NCBI GenBank assembly: GCA_963575745.1 | Contig: CAUYUJ010000266.1 | Span: forward strand, 62,001 to 116,071 | Length of the DNA stretch: 54,071 nucleotides | Direction of reading: 5' to 3' | Source: Prorocentrum cordatum | Lineage: Eukaryota | Shown: positions 1 to 10,789 of the stretch, piece after piece | Layout of the letters: every line of letters begins with the position of its first letter | Numbering within the stretch: position 1 is the stretch's first letter | Notes under the pieces: generated by a model | The model's input: only the letters and a program-made list of their open reading frames with translations | What the model was told of the DNA's origin: nothing | Databases searched by the model: none | Made by a program: the position numbers and the translations under genes

Positions 1-31
1 CGTGCTCATCGATCTCCGCGCCCTGCTCCGA

Positions 32-1718
32 CTAGTTGACCTCAACCTCCGCGTTGTGAATGCCGCGCTGGGGTGTTGGGCCCCTGCCGCGGCCAAGACA
101 CTCGAGCCCCACCAGGCAGCCCAGCGCGACGCCGCAGACCAAGAACAAGATCAACAAGAAGAAGATCAAGACACCAGCGAAGACTGCAATTAATCCCCAT
201 GGCTCGGTGGTGGCTGTGGTGTTTGACGTGTCCGAACTCGTGCTCGTATCGGTGGTCGTCGTGGCCGTCTTGATGGTGATGGTAGTAGTGCTTGACGTCG
301 CGGAACGCGTGCCCGTATCGGCGGTCGTCGTGGCCGTCTTGGTGGTCGTCGCGGTGGTCGTCTCAGTTGTTGCCTCGGTGAAGTCGAGCACGTACGCGGA
401 GCCGGAACTGTCGCCCTGGTCGTCGTCACCATAGGCCCCCACCACCACGCGGGCCCCGTCGGAGCTCACGGCCACCGAGGAACCGAAAAAGTCGTAGGCG
501 GCCCCATCACTCGCCACAAGCTTCAGCAGCCTCTCGCCGGTGGCCCCGTCGAGCACGTACACGGAGCCGGAACCGGAGCCCTGGTCGTCGTCACCTCTGG
601 CCCCCACCACCACGCGGGCCCCGTCGGAGCTCACGGCCACCGAGGAACCGAACAAGTCGTCTGCAGTCCCATCACTCGCCACAAGCTTCAGCAGCCTCTC
701 GCCGGTGGCCCCGTCGAGCACGTACACGGAGCCTGAATTGTAGCCCTGGTCGCCGTCACCACAGGCCCCCACCACCACGCGGGCCCCGTCGGAGCTCACG
801 GCCACCGAGGAACCGAATTTGTCGAAGGCGGCCCCATCACTCGCCACAAGCTTCAGCAGCGTCACGCCGGTGGCCCCGTCGAGCACGTACACGGAGCCGG
901 AACTGGAGCCCTGGTCGCCGTCACCATAGGCCCCCACCACCACGCGGGCCCCGTCGGAGCTCACGGCCACCGAGGAACCGAAAAAGTCGAAGTTGGCCCC
1001 ATCACTCGCCACAAGCTTCAGCAGCGTCACGCCGGTGGCCCCGTCGAGCACGTACACGGAGCCGGAATTGGTGCCCTGGTCGTCGTCACCTATGGCCCCC
1101 ACCACCACGCGGGCCCCGTCGGAGCTCACGGCCACCGACTCACCGAACCAGTCGTCTGCAGCCCCATCACTCGCCACAAGCTTCAGCAGCGTCTCGCCGG
1201 TGGCCCCGTCGAGCACGTACACGGAGCCGGACTTGTAGCCCTGGTCGTCGTCATATCTGCTCCCCACCACCACCCCGGGCCCGTTTGGAGCTCACGGCCA
1301 CCGAGTAACCGAACATGTCGATTGCAGCCCCATCACTCGCCACAAACTTCAGCAGCGTCTCGCCAGTGGCCCCGTCGAGCACGTACACGGAGCCATGAAT
1401 ATTTGACGTATAGTCTTCGTAGTAGTAGTAAACGGCCCCCACCACCACGCGGGCCCCGTCGGAGCTCACGGCCACAGACATTCCGAACCGGTCGTTGGCG
1501 ACCCCATCACCCGCCATGAGTTTGAGCAACTGCACGCCGCTGGTAGACAGGCGCCTCCCGAACTCGGCCTGCGGCTCGCGAGGGCGACCGCTCGCCGAGC
1601 CCTCCACCCTCGGGCGGGCCAGCGTCCCGCTCGCCGGCGACCCGGCGCTCGGGGCGCCGCGCGCTGCCAGCAGCAAGAGCAGCGCGCCGACGCTGTGAGA
1701 CGTGCGCAGGCGCATCAT
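32..1718 (-). CDS. FG-GAP repeat (integrin-alpha-like 7-bladed beta-propeller) type I membrane protein, copy 1; one +1 frameshift near 1274-1287
   Basis: ORFs 1251..1871 and 32..1273 join once one extra base is removed from blade 2. The product has a signal-like N-terminus (MMRLRTSHSVGALLLLLAARG), seven ~54-aa repeats (LLKLVASDGxxxDxFGxSVAVSSDGARVVVGAxxDxDQGxxSGSVYVLDGATG), a Thr-rich stalk, a hydrophobic segment (WGLIAVFAGVLIFFLLILFLVCGVALGCLV) and a short tail. No introns are seen. Confidence 0.88.
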
Positions 1719-1800
1719 GCCGTCTGCAGATGTGCAGCGCTGAGCGGAACGAGAGACGCCAGAGGGGAGCCCTGGGAGGCCGGCGACGGCCCCTCGAAAC

Positions 1801-1813
1801 CTTGAGCCAAAAT
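1801..1813 (-). promoter_or_regulatory. Relict dinoflagellate spliced leader upstream of FG-GAP gene copy 1
   Basis: The minus strand reads ATTTTGGCTCAAG, the last 13 nt of DinoSL (DCCGTAGCCATTTTGGCTCAAG). It lies about 83 nt 5' of the ATG on the same strand. Confidence 0.8.
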
Positions 1814-1911
1814 TGCGACCAGCCCCGATGGCTTGCCCAAGACATTCCTTGTTCGGATTCACCGTCATCATATGGTTACAGCATCATCATTGCTCTTCTC
1901 TTTTACACTGG

Positions 1912-2185
1912 AATTCCTTGGTGATGCTTTCCGAAGGATTCCTTGTGTGAGGCTTTAAAATATAATCCCTTCGTGGTGCTTTCCAAAGGATTTTTTTTGC
2001 GAGGCTTTCCAATATAATATTTTCGTGGTGCTTTCCAAAGGATACCTGCTGTGAGGCTTTCCAATAGAATCCCTTTGTTGCGCTTTCCAAAGGATTCCTT
2101 TTGTGAGGTTGTCCAATAGGATCCTTTTGTAGTGCTTTCCAAAGGATTCCCTTTATGAGGCTTTCCAGTATAATCATTTTGTGAT
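1912..2185 (-). repeat. ~29-bp satellite (GCTTTCCAAAGGATTCC core), left arm of a foldback-like structure
   Basis: Tandem ctttccaaaggattcc/gaggctttccaat units; reverse complement of the array at 3370-3992. Confidence 0.85.
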
Positions 2186-2261
2186 GCAGAGGAGGCGGAG
2201 GGGCAGGAGGCGGAGGAGGACGGGGAGGAGGAGAAGAGAGATCTATATATATATATATATA

Positions 2262-3030
2262 CAAGTGGCACGTGTGTGCCCAGGCTCATACAACAAGCTG
2301 AAGGGGCGTTTGAAGCAGGAGTGACATGCAACAGCGAAATCGCACTCGAGCGCAAGTGGGGTTGCCACACCTTGCGATGTGTGTACCAGGGCCCCCCAGG
2401 AAGCCTCAGGAGGCCCGACTTGGATACCAGAAGAGGCTCCAGGAGGCCCCAGGATTGTGAGTGTTGTGTGTGTGTGATGTGTGCTTTGTGTGGTGCGTGC
2501 TTTTTGCGTGTTGTCGGTGTTGTGTGTGTATGTTATGTTTGTCTAGCGTGTGATGTGTTGGGCGTGATTTGTGTCTCTGTGTGTGCATGTAGTTCTGAAG
2601 CCCCAGGAGGCCCCAGGAGGCCCCAGGCGGCCTCAGCAGGCCCAGGAGAACTCCAGGAGGCTCCGAGGCGGGGTCTGGGGTACCAGAAGGTCCAGAAAGC
2701 CCCAGGAGGCCCCAGGAGGTTCCAGGAGGCCCCCAGGAGGCTCCGAGGAGGGGTCTGGGGCTCGATTTTGGGAGGATGTCTCAGGCGAAACCGCCATTCT
2801 CTGAGAATCGGAGTCAAAATCATTGAAATTACCATGTGTTTTTGAAGGTTTTATGATAAAATGTTGGAAATCCTATGTGTTTTTGGACCCTGACGTCACG
2901 ATCTGCGTGAGGGGTGCCACCGATTTTCAGAATTTCGAGGATGTCCCGAGCGAAACGGCCAGAAAAATCGCGAACGACGGACGCATTAATCGCCTCTGAG
3001 CTCTACTCCCTCGGAGAGGTGCGTATGAGA

Positions 3031-3031
<1 letters not shown>
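2262..3031 (-). mobile_element. Non-coding insertion in a (TA)n tract, possibly rolling-circle type
   Basis: Flanked by (TA)n on both sides and absent from the equivalent tract in copy 2 (~21105-21165). A hairpin GGCAC-GTGT-GTGCC sits 5 nt from the left end. Internal CCCCAGGAGG and (TG)n repeats. Confidence 0.65.
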
Positions 3032-3063
<32 letters not shown>

Positions 3064-3091
3064 TATAGACATATAGATATAGGTATATTTA

Positions 3092-3092
3092 T

Positions 3093-3137
<45 letters not shown>

Positions 3138-3317
3138 GAGAGAGAGAGAACGAAGAAGAGTGGAGGAGGATGAAGACGAGGAGGAGATATATATGATCAT
3201 GCGGGTGGGGGGGTAGATCCCCCCCCCACATGATCATACATATCTCCTCTTCCTCCTCCTCCGCATCCTCCTCCGTTCTTCTTCGTTCTCTCTCTCTCTC
3301 TCTCTCGCTTTTGCTCG

Positions 3318-3351
<34 letters not shown>

Positions 3352-3360
3352 TCTCTTTGT
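3092..3360. repeat. Imperfect palindrome centred near 3217 with (GA)n/(TC)n arms
   Basis: (GA)n-acgaagaag..ggagatatatatgatcatg-G run is mirrored by C run-acatgatcatacatatctcc..cttcttcgt-(TC)n. Confidence 0.8.
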
Positions 3361-3369
3361 CCTCCTCCT

Positions 3370-3992
3370 CAAAGAATCCTTTGGAAAGCACCACAAGTGG
3401 TTTCGATTGGAAAGCCCCATAAAAAAGGGAATCCTTTAGAAAATACTACAAGGGGATTCGATTGGAAAGCCTCAAAGTAGGAATCCTTTGGAAAGCACCG
3501 CAAGGGGATTCTATTGGAAAGCCTCACAAAAAAAAGGAATCCCGTGGAAAGCACACAAAAGGATTCGATTGGAAAGCCTCACAAAAAAATGAATTCTTTG
3601 GAAAGCACAGCAAAAAGATTCGATTGGAAAACCTCACAAAAGGAAATCCTTTGGAAAGCACAACAAAGGAATTAGATTGGAAAGCCTCGCAAAAAGGGAA
3701 TCCTTTAGAAAGCACCACACAAGAGATTTGATTGGAAAGCCTGACAAAGGGATTCGATTGGAAAGCCTCACATAAGGAATCCTTTGGAAAGCACCGCAGA
3801 GGGATCCGATTGGAAAGCCTCACAAAAGGAATCCGTTGGAAAACACAACAAAGGGATTGTATTGGAAAGCCTCGCAAAAAAAAAAGGAATCCTTTGGAAA
3901 GCACAACAAAGGGATCCGATTGGAAAGCCTCACAAAAGGAATCCTTTGGAAAGCGCCACAAAGGGAATCGATTGGAAAGCCCCACAAAAAAA
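3370..3992 (+). repeat. ~29-bp satellite (GGAATCCTTTGGAAAGC core), right arm; resumes at 7371-7540
   Basis: About 20 units alternating ggaatcctttggaaagcac and gattggaaagcctcac; interrupted by the element at 3993-7370. Confidence 0.9.
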
Positions 3993-6900
3993 TACCCTGT
4001 GACGTACCCAACCCATTTGTATCATGGGAAGCGAGGAATTGGCCGAAACTTGCATGGACAATCAAATTGCAGGATCCGTTGTTTGATATGTAAACTACTT
4101 GGGACACGCGCCTATGGCATGATGCGCAAGAGAACCATGCAAGAACGAGGGGCGACACCTACAGGCTCGAAGAGGACATGGGGAGTCGGGAACGAAGAGC
4201 TGGAGAAAGACGTGCGGGAAGCCCACTGTGCTGGGCCCCCCAGCAGGCTTCGAAAGTGGCGACAGTTTCACAGATCGCAGCCCCCCAGGGATGGCGAGGT
4301 CTAATTTCAGTCCGCGGTGTGTACTCTGTGCTGGGCCCCCCAGCAGGCCTCGAAAGTGGCGACGGTTTCACAGATCGCAGCCCCCCAAGGATGGCGAGGT
4401 CTAGTTTGAGTCTGCGGTGGGTACCCACTGTGCTGGGCCCCCCAGCAGGCCTCGAAAGTGGCGACCATTTCACAGATCGCAGCCCCCCAGGGATGGCGAG
4501 GTCACATTTGAACCCGCCGTGGGTACCCACTGTGCTGGGCCCCCCAGCAGGCCTCGAAAGTGGCGACAGTTCCACAGATCGCAGCCCCCCAGGGATGGCA
4601 AGGTCTAATCTGAACCCGCGGGGTGTACCCACTGTGCTGGCCCCCCCAGCAGGCCTCGAAAGTGGCGACAGTTTCACAGATCGCAGCCCCCCAGGGATGG
4701 CGAGGTCTAATTTGAACCCGCCGTGTGTACCCACTGCGCTGGGCCCCCCAGCAGGCCTCGAAAGTGGCGACAGTTTCACAGATCGCAGCCCCCCAGGGAT
4801 GGCGAGGTCTAATTGGAGTCCGCGGTGTGTACCCACTGTGCTGGGCCCCCCCAGCAGGCCTCGAAAGTGGCGACGTTCACAGATCGCAGCCCCCCCAGGG
4901 ATGGCGAGGTCAATTTGAACCCGCCGTGTGTACCCACTGCGCTGGGCCCCCCAGCAGGCCTCGAAAGTGGCGACAGTTTCACAGATCGCAGCCCCCCAAG
5001 GATGGCGAGGTCTAATTGGAGTCCGCGGTGTGTACCCACTGTGATGGGCCCCCCAGCAGGCCTCGAAAGTGGCGACAGTTTCACAGATCGCAGCCCCCCA
5101 GGGATGGCGAGGTCTAATTTCAGTCCGCGGTGTGTACATTGTGCTGGGCTCCCCAGCAGGTCTCGAAAGTGGCGACAGTTTCACAGATCGCAGCCCCCCA
5201 GGGATGGCGCGGTCTAGTTTCAGTCAGCGGTGGGTACCCACTGTGTTGAGCCCCCAAGCAGGCCTCGAAAGTAAGGACAGTTTCGCAGATCGCGGCCCCC
5301 CATGGATGGCGAGGTTTAATTTCAGTCCGCGGTGTGTACCCACTGTGCTGGGCCCCCCAGCAGGCCCCGAACGCAACGACAGTTTCACCGATCGCAGCCC
5401 CCCAGGGATGGCGAGGTCACATTTGAATCCGCCGTGGGTACCCACTGTGCTGGGCCCCCCAGCAGGCCTCGAAAGTGGCGACCGTTTCACAGATCGCAGC
5501 CCCCCAAGGATGGCGAGGTCCAATTTGAATCCGCCGTGTGTACCCACTGTGCTGGGCCCCCCAGCAGGCCTCGAAAGTGGCGACAGTTTCACAAATCGCA
5601 GCACCCCAAGGATGGCGAGGTCACATACTTTTGAATCCGCCGTGGGTACCCACTGAGCTGCCCCCCCCCCCCACCCCCCCCCCCAGCAGGCCTCGAAAGT
5701 GCGACAGTATCGCAGAACGCAACCCCCCCAGGGATGGCGAGGTTTAATTTGAATCCGCGGTGTGTACCCACTGTGCTGGGCCCCCCCCCCAGCAGGCCTC
5801 GAAAGTGGCGACAGTTTCACAGATCGCAGCCCCCCAGGGACGGCGAGGTCTAATTTGAATCCGTCGTGTGTACCAGAGTGCTGGGCCCCCCAGCAAGTTC
5901 TCGAAAGTGGTGACAGTTTCACAGATCGCAGCCCCCCAGGGATGGCGAGGTCTAATTTGAATCCGCCGTGTGTGCCCACTGTGCTGGGCCCCCCAGCAGG
6001 CCTCGAAAGTGGCGACAGTTTCACAGATCGCAGCCCCCCAGGGATGGCGAGGTCACATTTGAATCCGCGGTGACTACCCACTGTGCTGGGCCCCCCAGCA
6101 GGCCTGGAAAGTGGCGACAGTTTCACAGATCGCAGTCCCCCAGGGATGGCGAGGTCTAATTTGAGTCTGCGGTGGGCACCCACTGTGCTGGGCCCCCCAG
6201 CAGACCTCGAAAGTGGCGACAGTTTCACAGATCGCAGCCCCCCAGGGATGGCGAGGTCACATTTGAATCCGCCGTGGGTGCCCACTGTGCTGGGCACCCC
6301 AGCAGGCCCCCCGAACGGTGGCGACAGTTTTTACAGATCGCAGCCCCACCAAGGATGGCGAGGTCAAATTTGAATCCGCCGTGGGTGCCCACTGTGCTGG
6401 CCCCCAGCAGCCCTCGAACGTGGCGACAGTTTCACAATCGCAGCCCCCCAGGGATGGCGAGGTCTAATTGGAATCCGCAGTGGGACCCCCTGTGCTGCCC
6501 CTCAGCAGCCCTCGAAAGTGGCGACAGTTTCACAGATCGCAGCCCTCCAGGGATGGCGAGGTCACATTTGAACCCGCCGTGGGTACCCACTGTGCTGGGC
6601 CCCCCAGCGGCCCTCGAAAGTGGCGACAGTTTCACAGATCGCAGCCCCCCAGGGATGGCGAGGTCCCATTTGAATCCGCCGTGGGTGCCCACTGTGCTGG
6701 GCCCCCAGCAGGCCTCGAAAGTGGCGACAGATCGCAGCCCCCCAGGGATGGCGAGGTCTAATTTGAACCCGCCGTGGGTACCCACTGTGCTGGGCCCCCC
6801 AGCAGGCCCCGAACGTGGCGACAGTTTCACAGATCGCAACCTCCCAGGGATGGCGAGGTCCAATCTGAATCCGCCGTGGGTACCCACTGTGCTGGGCCCC

Positions 6901-7370
6901 CCAGCAGCCCTCGAGAGTGGCGACAGTTTCACAGATCGCAGCCCGCAAGGGATGGCGAGGTCAAATTTGAATCCGCCGTGGGTACCCACTGTGCTGGGCC
7001 CCCCAGCAGGCCTCGAACGCAACGACAGTTTCACCGATCGCAGCCCCCCAGGGATGGCGAGGTCAAATTTGCATCCGTCGTGGGTACCCACTGTGCTGGG
7101 CCCCCCAGCGGGCCTCGAAAGTGGCGACAGTTTCACAGATCGCAGCACCCCAGGGATGGCGAGGTCGCATTTGAACCCGCCGTGGGTACCCACTGTGCTG
7201 GGCCCCCCAGCAGGCCTCGACAGTGGCGACGGTTTCACAGATCGCAGCCCCCCAGCTGGCACGCAGCGACGAGCGAAGGCAGGGGGGAAGAGAGGGACGG
7301 GGGGGTGGGAAGGAAGGTTCGCGCGAGCAGTGCTCTATTCAAAACGAGCACCCAACGCAGGAGGGTTGGG
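3993..7370 (-). mobile_element. HINE/DINE-like non-autonomous element, family A (102-bp tandem array, ~30 units)
   Basis: Subterminal IR CCCAACCC (4007-4014) / GGGTTGGG (7363-7370). Right-end hairpin CCCAAC..GTTGGG is preceded by TTCAAAACGAG. The array spans ~4222-7256. Both flanks are A residues within the satellite. Confidence 0.75.
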
Positions 7371-7542
7371 AAGTCTATTGGAAAGCCTCACAACAAGGAA
7401 TCCTTTGGACAGCCTCACATAAGGATTCAATGGGAAAACCTAACAAAAGGAATCCGTTGGAAAGCACCATAAAAGGAATTCTAATGGAAAGCTTCACAAA
7501 CAAAAGAAACCAGTTGGAAATAATCCTTTGGAAAACATCACG

Positions 7543-7920
7543 ACCAGGCGTTGTTTTGTCAGGTTTTTCTGGTCTGGGGGGCTCCCAAAACCTGGCCAAG
7601 CGTTGGGGTTTCTGGTTATTCTGGTTTGGGAGCCCACCGAACCTGGCTAGGCGTTGGTTTTTTCTGGCTTGTCTGGTCTGAGGGCTCACAAAACCCGGCC
7701 AGGCGTTTTTTGTTTTGCTTTTTGTTGTTTTTGTTATTTCTTTCTCTCTGGTCTGGCGGCATCAGTTCGCAGGCCCCCAACCTCCAGGCTAAGTTTCGTG
7801 GGCTCCCAAACCAGACAAGCAATAAAAACCAACGCCTGGCCAAGTTTTCTAAGCTCCCAGACCCCCCCCCCAAAAAAAAAACGTCTGGCCATGTTTTCTT
7901 AGCTCCCAGACAAAAAAATA
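7543..7920. repeat. ~57-bp modular repeat (CCTGGCCAAG/GCTCCCAGACCAG) that inverts near 7780; continues at 9212-9306 and 10330-10425
   Basis: Units read tttctggtctg left of ~7780 and cagaccagaaa to the right. The same layout occurs at 30800-31150 and 32570-32755. Confidence 0.7.
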
Positions 7921-7937
7921 AATAAAAAGATACACAA

Positions 7938-9211
7938 TATCCTGGCGACGGACCCAACCATATGCAATTGTGAATAACGCTTTGTGGGTGCCGCTTTCGG
8001 TGGGGCTCCTTATGGGGCCACGAAAAGCGTGCCACGAAACGCTGTCCTGGGCGTGCGGGACGCATGAGGGCGGTAGCATTGGGGCTTTCGGTGGAGCTCC
8101 CTATGGGGCCACGAAACGTGTGAGGGGTGTGCCGAAATGGGCGCGGCGCCGCCATGCGGACGCAGCCACTGGGGCCTTCGGTGGAGCTCCCTATGGGGCC
8201 ACGAAACGTGTGAGGGGTGTGCCGAAATCGGTGCGGCGCCGCCATGCGCCCGCAGCCACTGGGGCCTTCGGTGGAGCTCCCTATGGGGCCACGAAACGTG
8301 TGAGGGGTGTGCCGAAAGGGTGCGGCGCCGCCATGCGCCCGCAGCCACTGGGGCCTTCGGTGGAGCTCCCTATGGGGCCACGAAACGTGTGAGGGTGTGC
8401 CGACATGGGTGCGCCGCCGCCATGCGCCCGCAGCCACTGGGGCCTTCGGTGGAGCTCCCGATGGGCCCACGAAACGGTGAGGGGTGTGCCGAAAATGGGT
8501 GCGCCGCATGCGCCCCGCAGCCACTGGGGCCTTCGGTGGAGCTCCCCATGGGGCCACGAAACGTTGTGAGGGGTGTGCCGAAATGAGGTGCGGCGCCGCC
8601 ATGCGCCCGCAGCCACTGGGGCCCTCGGTGGAGCTCCCTATGGGGCCACGAAACGTGTGAGGGGTGTGCCGAAATGTGTGCGGCGCCGCCATGCGCCCGC
8701 AGCCACTGGGGCCTTCGGTGGAGCTCCATATGGGGCCACGAAACGTGTGAGGGGTGTGCCGAAATGGGTGCGCCGCCGCCATGCGCCCGCAGCCACTGGG
8801 GCTTCCGGTGGAGCTCCCGATGGGGCCACGAAACGTGTGAGGGGTGTGCCGACATGGGTGCGGCGCCGCCATGCGCCCGCAGCCACTGGGGCCCTCGGTG
8901 GAGCTCCCTATGGGGCCACGAAACGTGTGAGGGGTGTGCTGAAATGGGTGCGGCGCCGCCATGCGCCCGCAGCCACTGGGGCCTTCGGTGGAGCCCCCTA
9001 TGGGGCCACGAAACGCGTGAGGGGTGCGCCGTGATAGTGGGAGGAGGGAAGGGGGAGGGGGGAGGAGGCGGAGGAGGAGGAAGGAAGGAAGGAAGGAGAG
9101 GAGAGGAGAGGAGAGGAGAGGAGAGGAGAGGGGAGGAAAGGAGAGGAGTGGAGAGGAGACGCGGGGCACCGTCTCTTCAAAACGAGGACCCAACACCACA
9201 GGATGGTTGGG
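7938..9211 (-). mobile_element. HINE/DINE-like element, family B (90-bp array ~11 units plus (GAGAG)n)
   Basis: Subterminal IR CCCAACCAT / ATGGTTGGG. Right end is TTCAAAACGAGGA-CCCAAC-accacaggatg-GTTGGG followed by an A run. Microsatellite at ~9095-9155. Confidence 0.82.
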
Positions 9212-9306
9212 AAAAACGCCTGGCCAGGTTATCTGAGCCCCCAGACCAGAAAAACCAGAAAACCAACGCTGGGCCAAGTTTTCTGAGCTCTCAGACCAGG
9301 AAAAAA

Positions 9307-10329
9307 TTATCCCGGCAACGCAACCTAACAGCGATGTGTAGGAGCATATCTGGAAGATTTCCCCTTAAGATTCAGATGAGAATCCAGTTGTAGAATTCTG
9401 CTGTTCTCGCAGTCGTAGTCGCATTCGCGATGACAGTCGCAGTGGCAACGGCAGTCGCAGTCACAGCCTCAGCCTCAGCCTTCCTCAGCCTCAGCCTCCG
9501 CCTGCCTCAGCCTCAGCCTGCCTCAGCCTCAGCCTCAGCCTGCTTCAGCCTCAGCCTCAGTCTGCCTTCAGCCTCGGCCTCAGCCTCAGCCTGCCTCAGC
9601 TTCAGCCTGCATCAGCCTCAGCCTCAGCCTCAGCCTGCCTCAGCATCAGCCTGCTTCAGCCTCAGCCTCAGCCTGCCTCAGCCTCAGCCTCAGTCTGCTT
9701 CAGCCTCAGCCTCAGTCTGCCTTCAGCCTCGGCCTCGGCCTCAGCCTGCCTCAGCCTCAGCCTGCCTCGGCCGCAGCATCAGCCTGCCTCAGCAGTCAAA
9801 ATGTTGCCCAGGAATGCAGTTCTGGGAACTAGAAGAACACGAAGTGGCCTACAGTTGGCTCCGGGCATTCAAAATCATACCCAGGAGGTGAGTTCTGGGA
9901 AGTGGAAGAGCACGAAGTGGCCTACAATTGGCTCCGGGCATCCAAAATGTGGCCCGGGAGTGGAGTTCTGGAACCTCGAAGACTACGAAGTGGCCTACAA
10001 TTGGCTCCGGGCATCCAAAATGTGTCCCGGGAATGGAGTTCTGGGAACTCGAAGACCACGAAGTGACCTACAATTGGCTCCGGGCATTCAAAATGTACGC
10101 CGGGAATGGAGTTCTGGGAACTCGAAGACCACGAAGTGGCCTACAGTTGGCTCCGGGCATCCAAAATGTACGCCGGGAATGGAGTTCTAGCAGCGCCAAG
10201 AGCGATTTTGCGAGGATGTCCCAGTTGGGCTTCGACGGCAGCCGCCCCGGGTCCCGCCCCGACCCCCCTGCGGAGTCATGATGCTCTCTTTTGAAACCAC
10301 TAGAAACCTATCAGCAAGAGCTGTTAGGT
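9307..10329 (-). mobile_element. HINE/DINE-like element, family E ((CAGCCT)n plus 60-bp array)
   Basis: Perfect 10-bp subterminal IR ACCTAACAGC (9323-9332) / GCTGTTAGGT (10320-10329), with a partial IR ACCTATCAGC at 10306-10315. Flanked by A runs. The empty site is at ~32650-32670 (accagaaaaaaaacataaac). Confidence 0.82.
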
Positions 10330-10494
10330 AAAAACAGAAACACAAACGCCTGGCCAGGTTTTCTGAGCTCCCAGACCAGAACAACCAGAAAAACCAACGC
10401 CTGGCCAAGTTTTCTGCGCCCCCAGGAGAAGGAGGAGCGGGGGCAGGAGGAGGGCGAGAGAGAGAGAGAGAAACAAAAAAAGAGGGATACATAC

Positions 10495-10565
<71 letters not shown>

Positions 10566-10789
10566 GAGAGAAACAGAGAAAGAGAGAGAGAGAGAGAGGA
10601 GAGACAGCGACAAAGACAGAGGGATAACGGAGAAAGAGTGGGGCACCGAGATTGAAGGAGGGAGAGCGAGAAAGAGTGGTTCTCTCTCACGAACAAAGAT
10701 GGTATTGGGCAAACCACCAGGGCTGTGGGCAAAATTGTTACGGACCTTCCGTTTTTGGTTTTGGTTTTTTTCCACAAGAACTCCCCCTG

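Noticed and set aside
4159..7472. CRISPR-like array, or repeat-protein ORFs in the 102-bp array
   Set aside because: The variable segments are point variants of one sequence, not unique spacers, and there are no cas genes. Long ORFs in several frames arise because the unit is GC-rich and a multiple of 3.
9430..9891. Ala/Ser- and Pro/Gln-rich ORF
   Set aside because: Translation of (CAGCCT)n inside the family E element.
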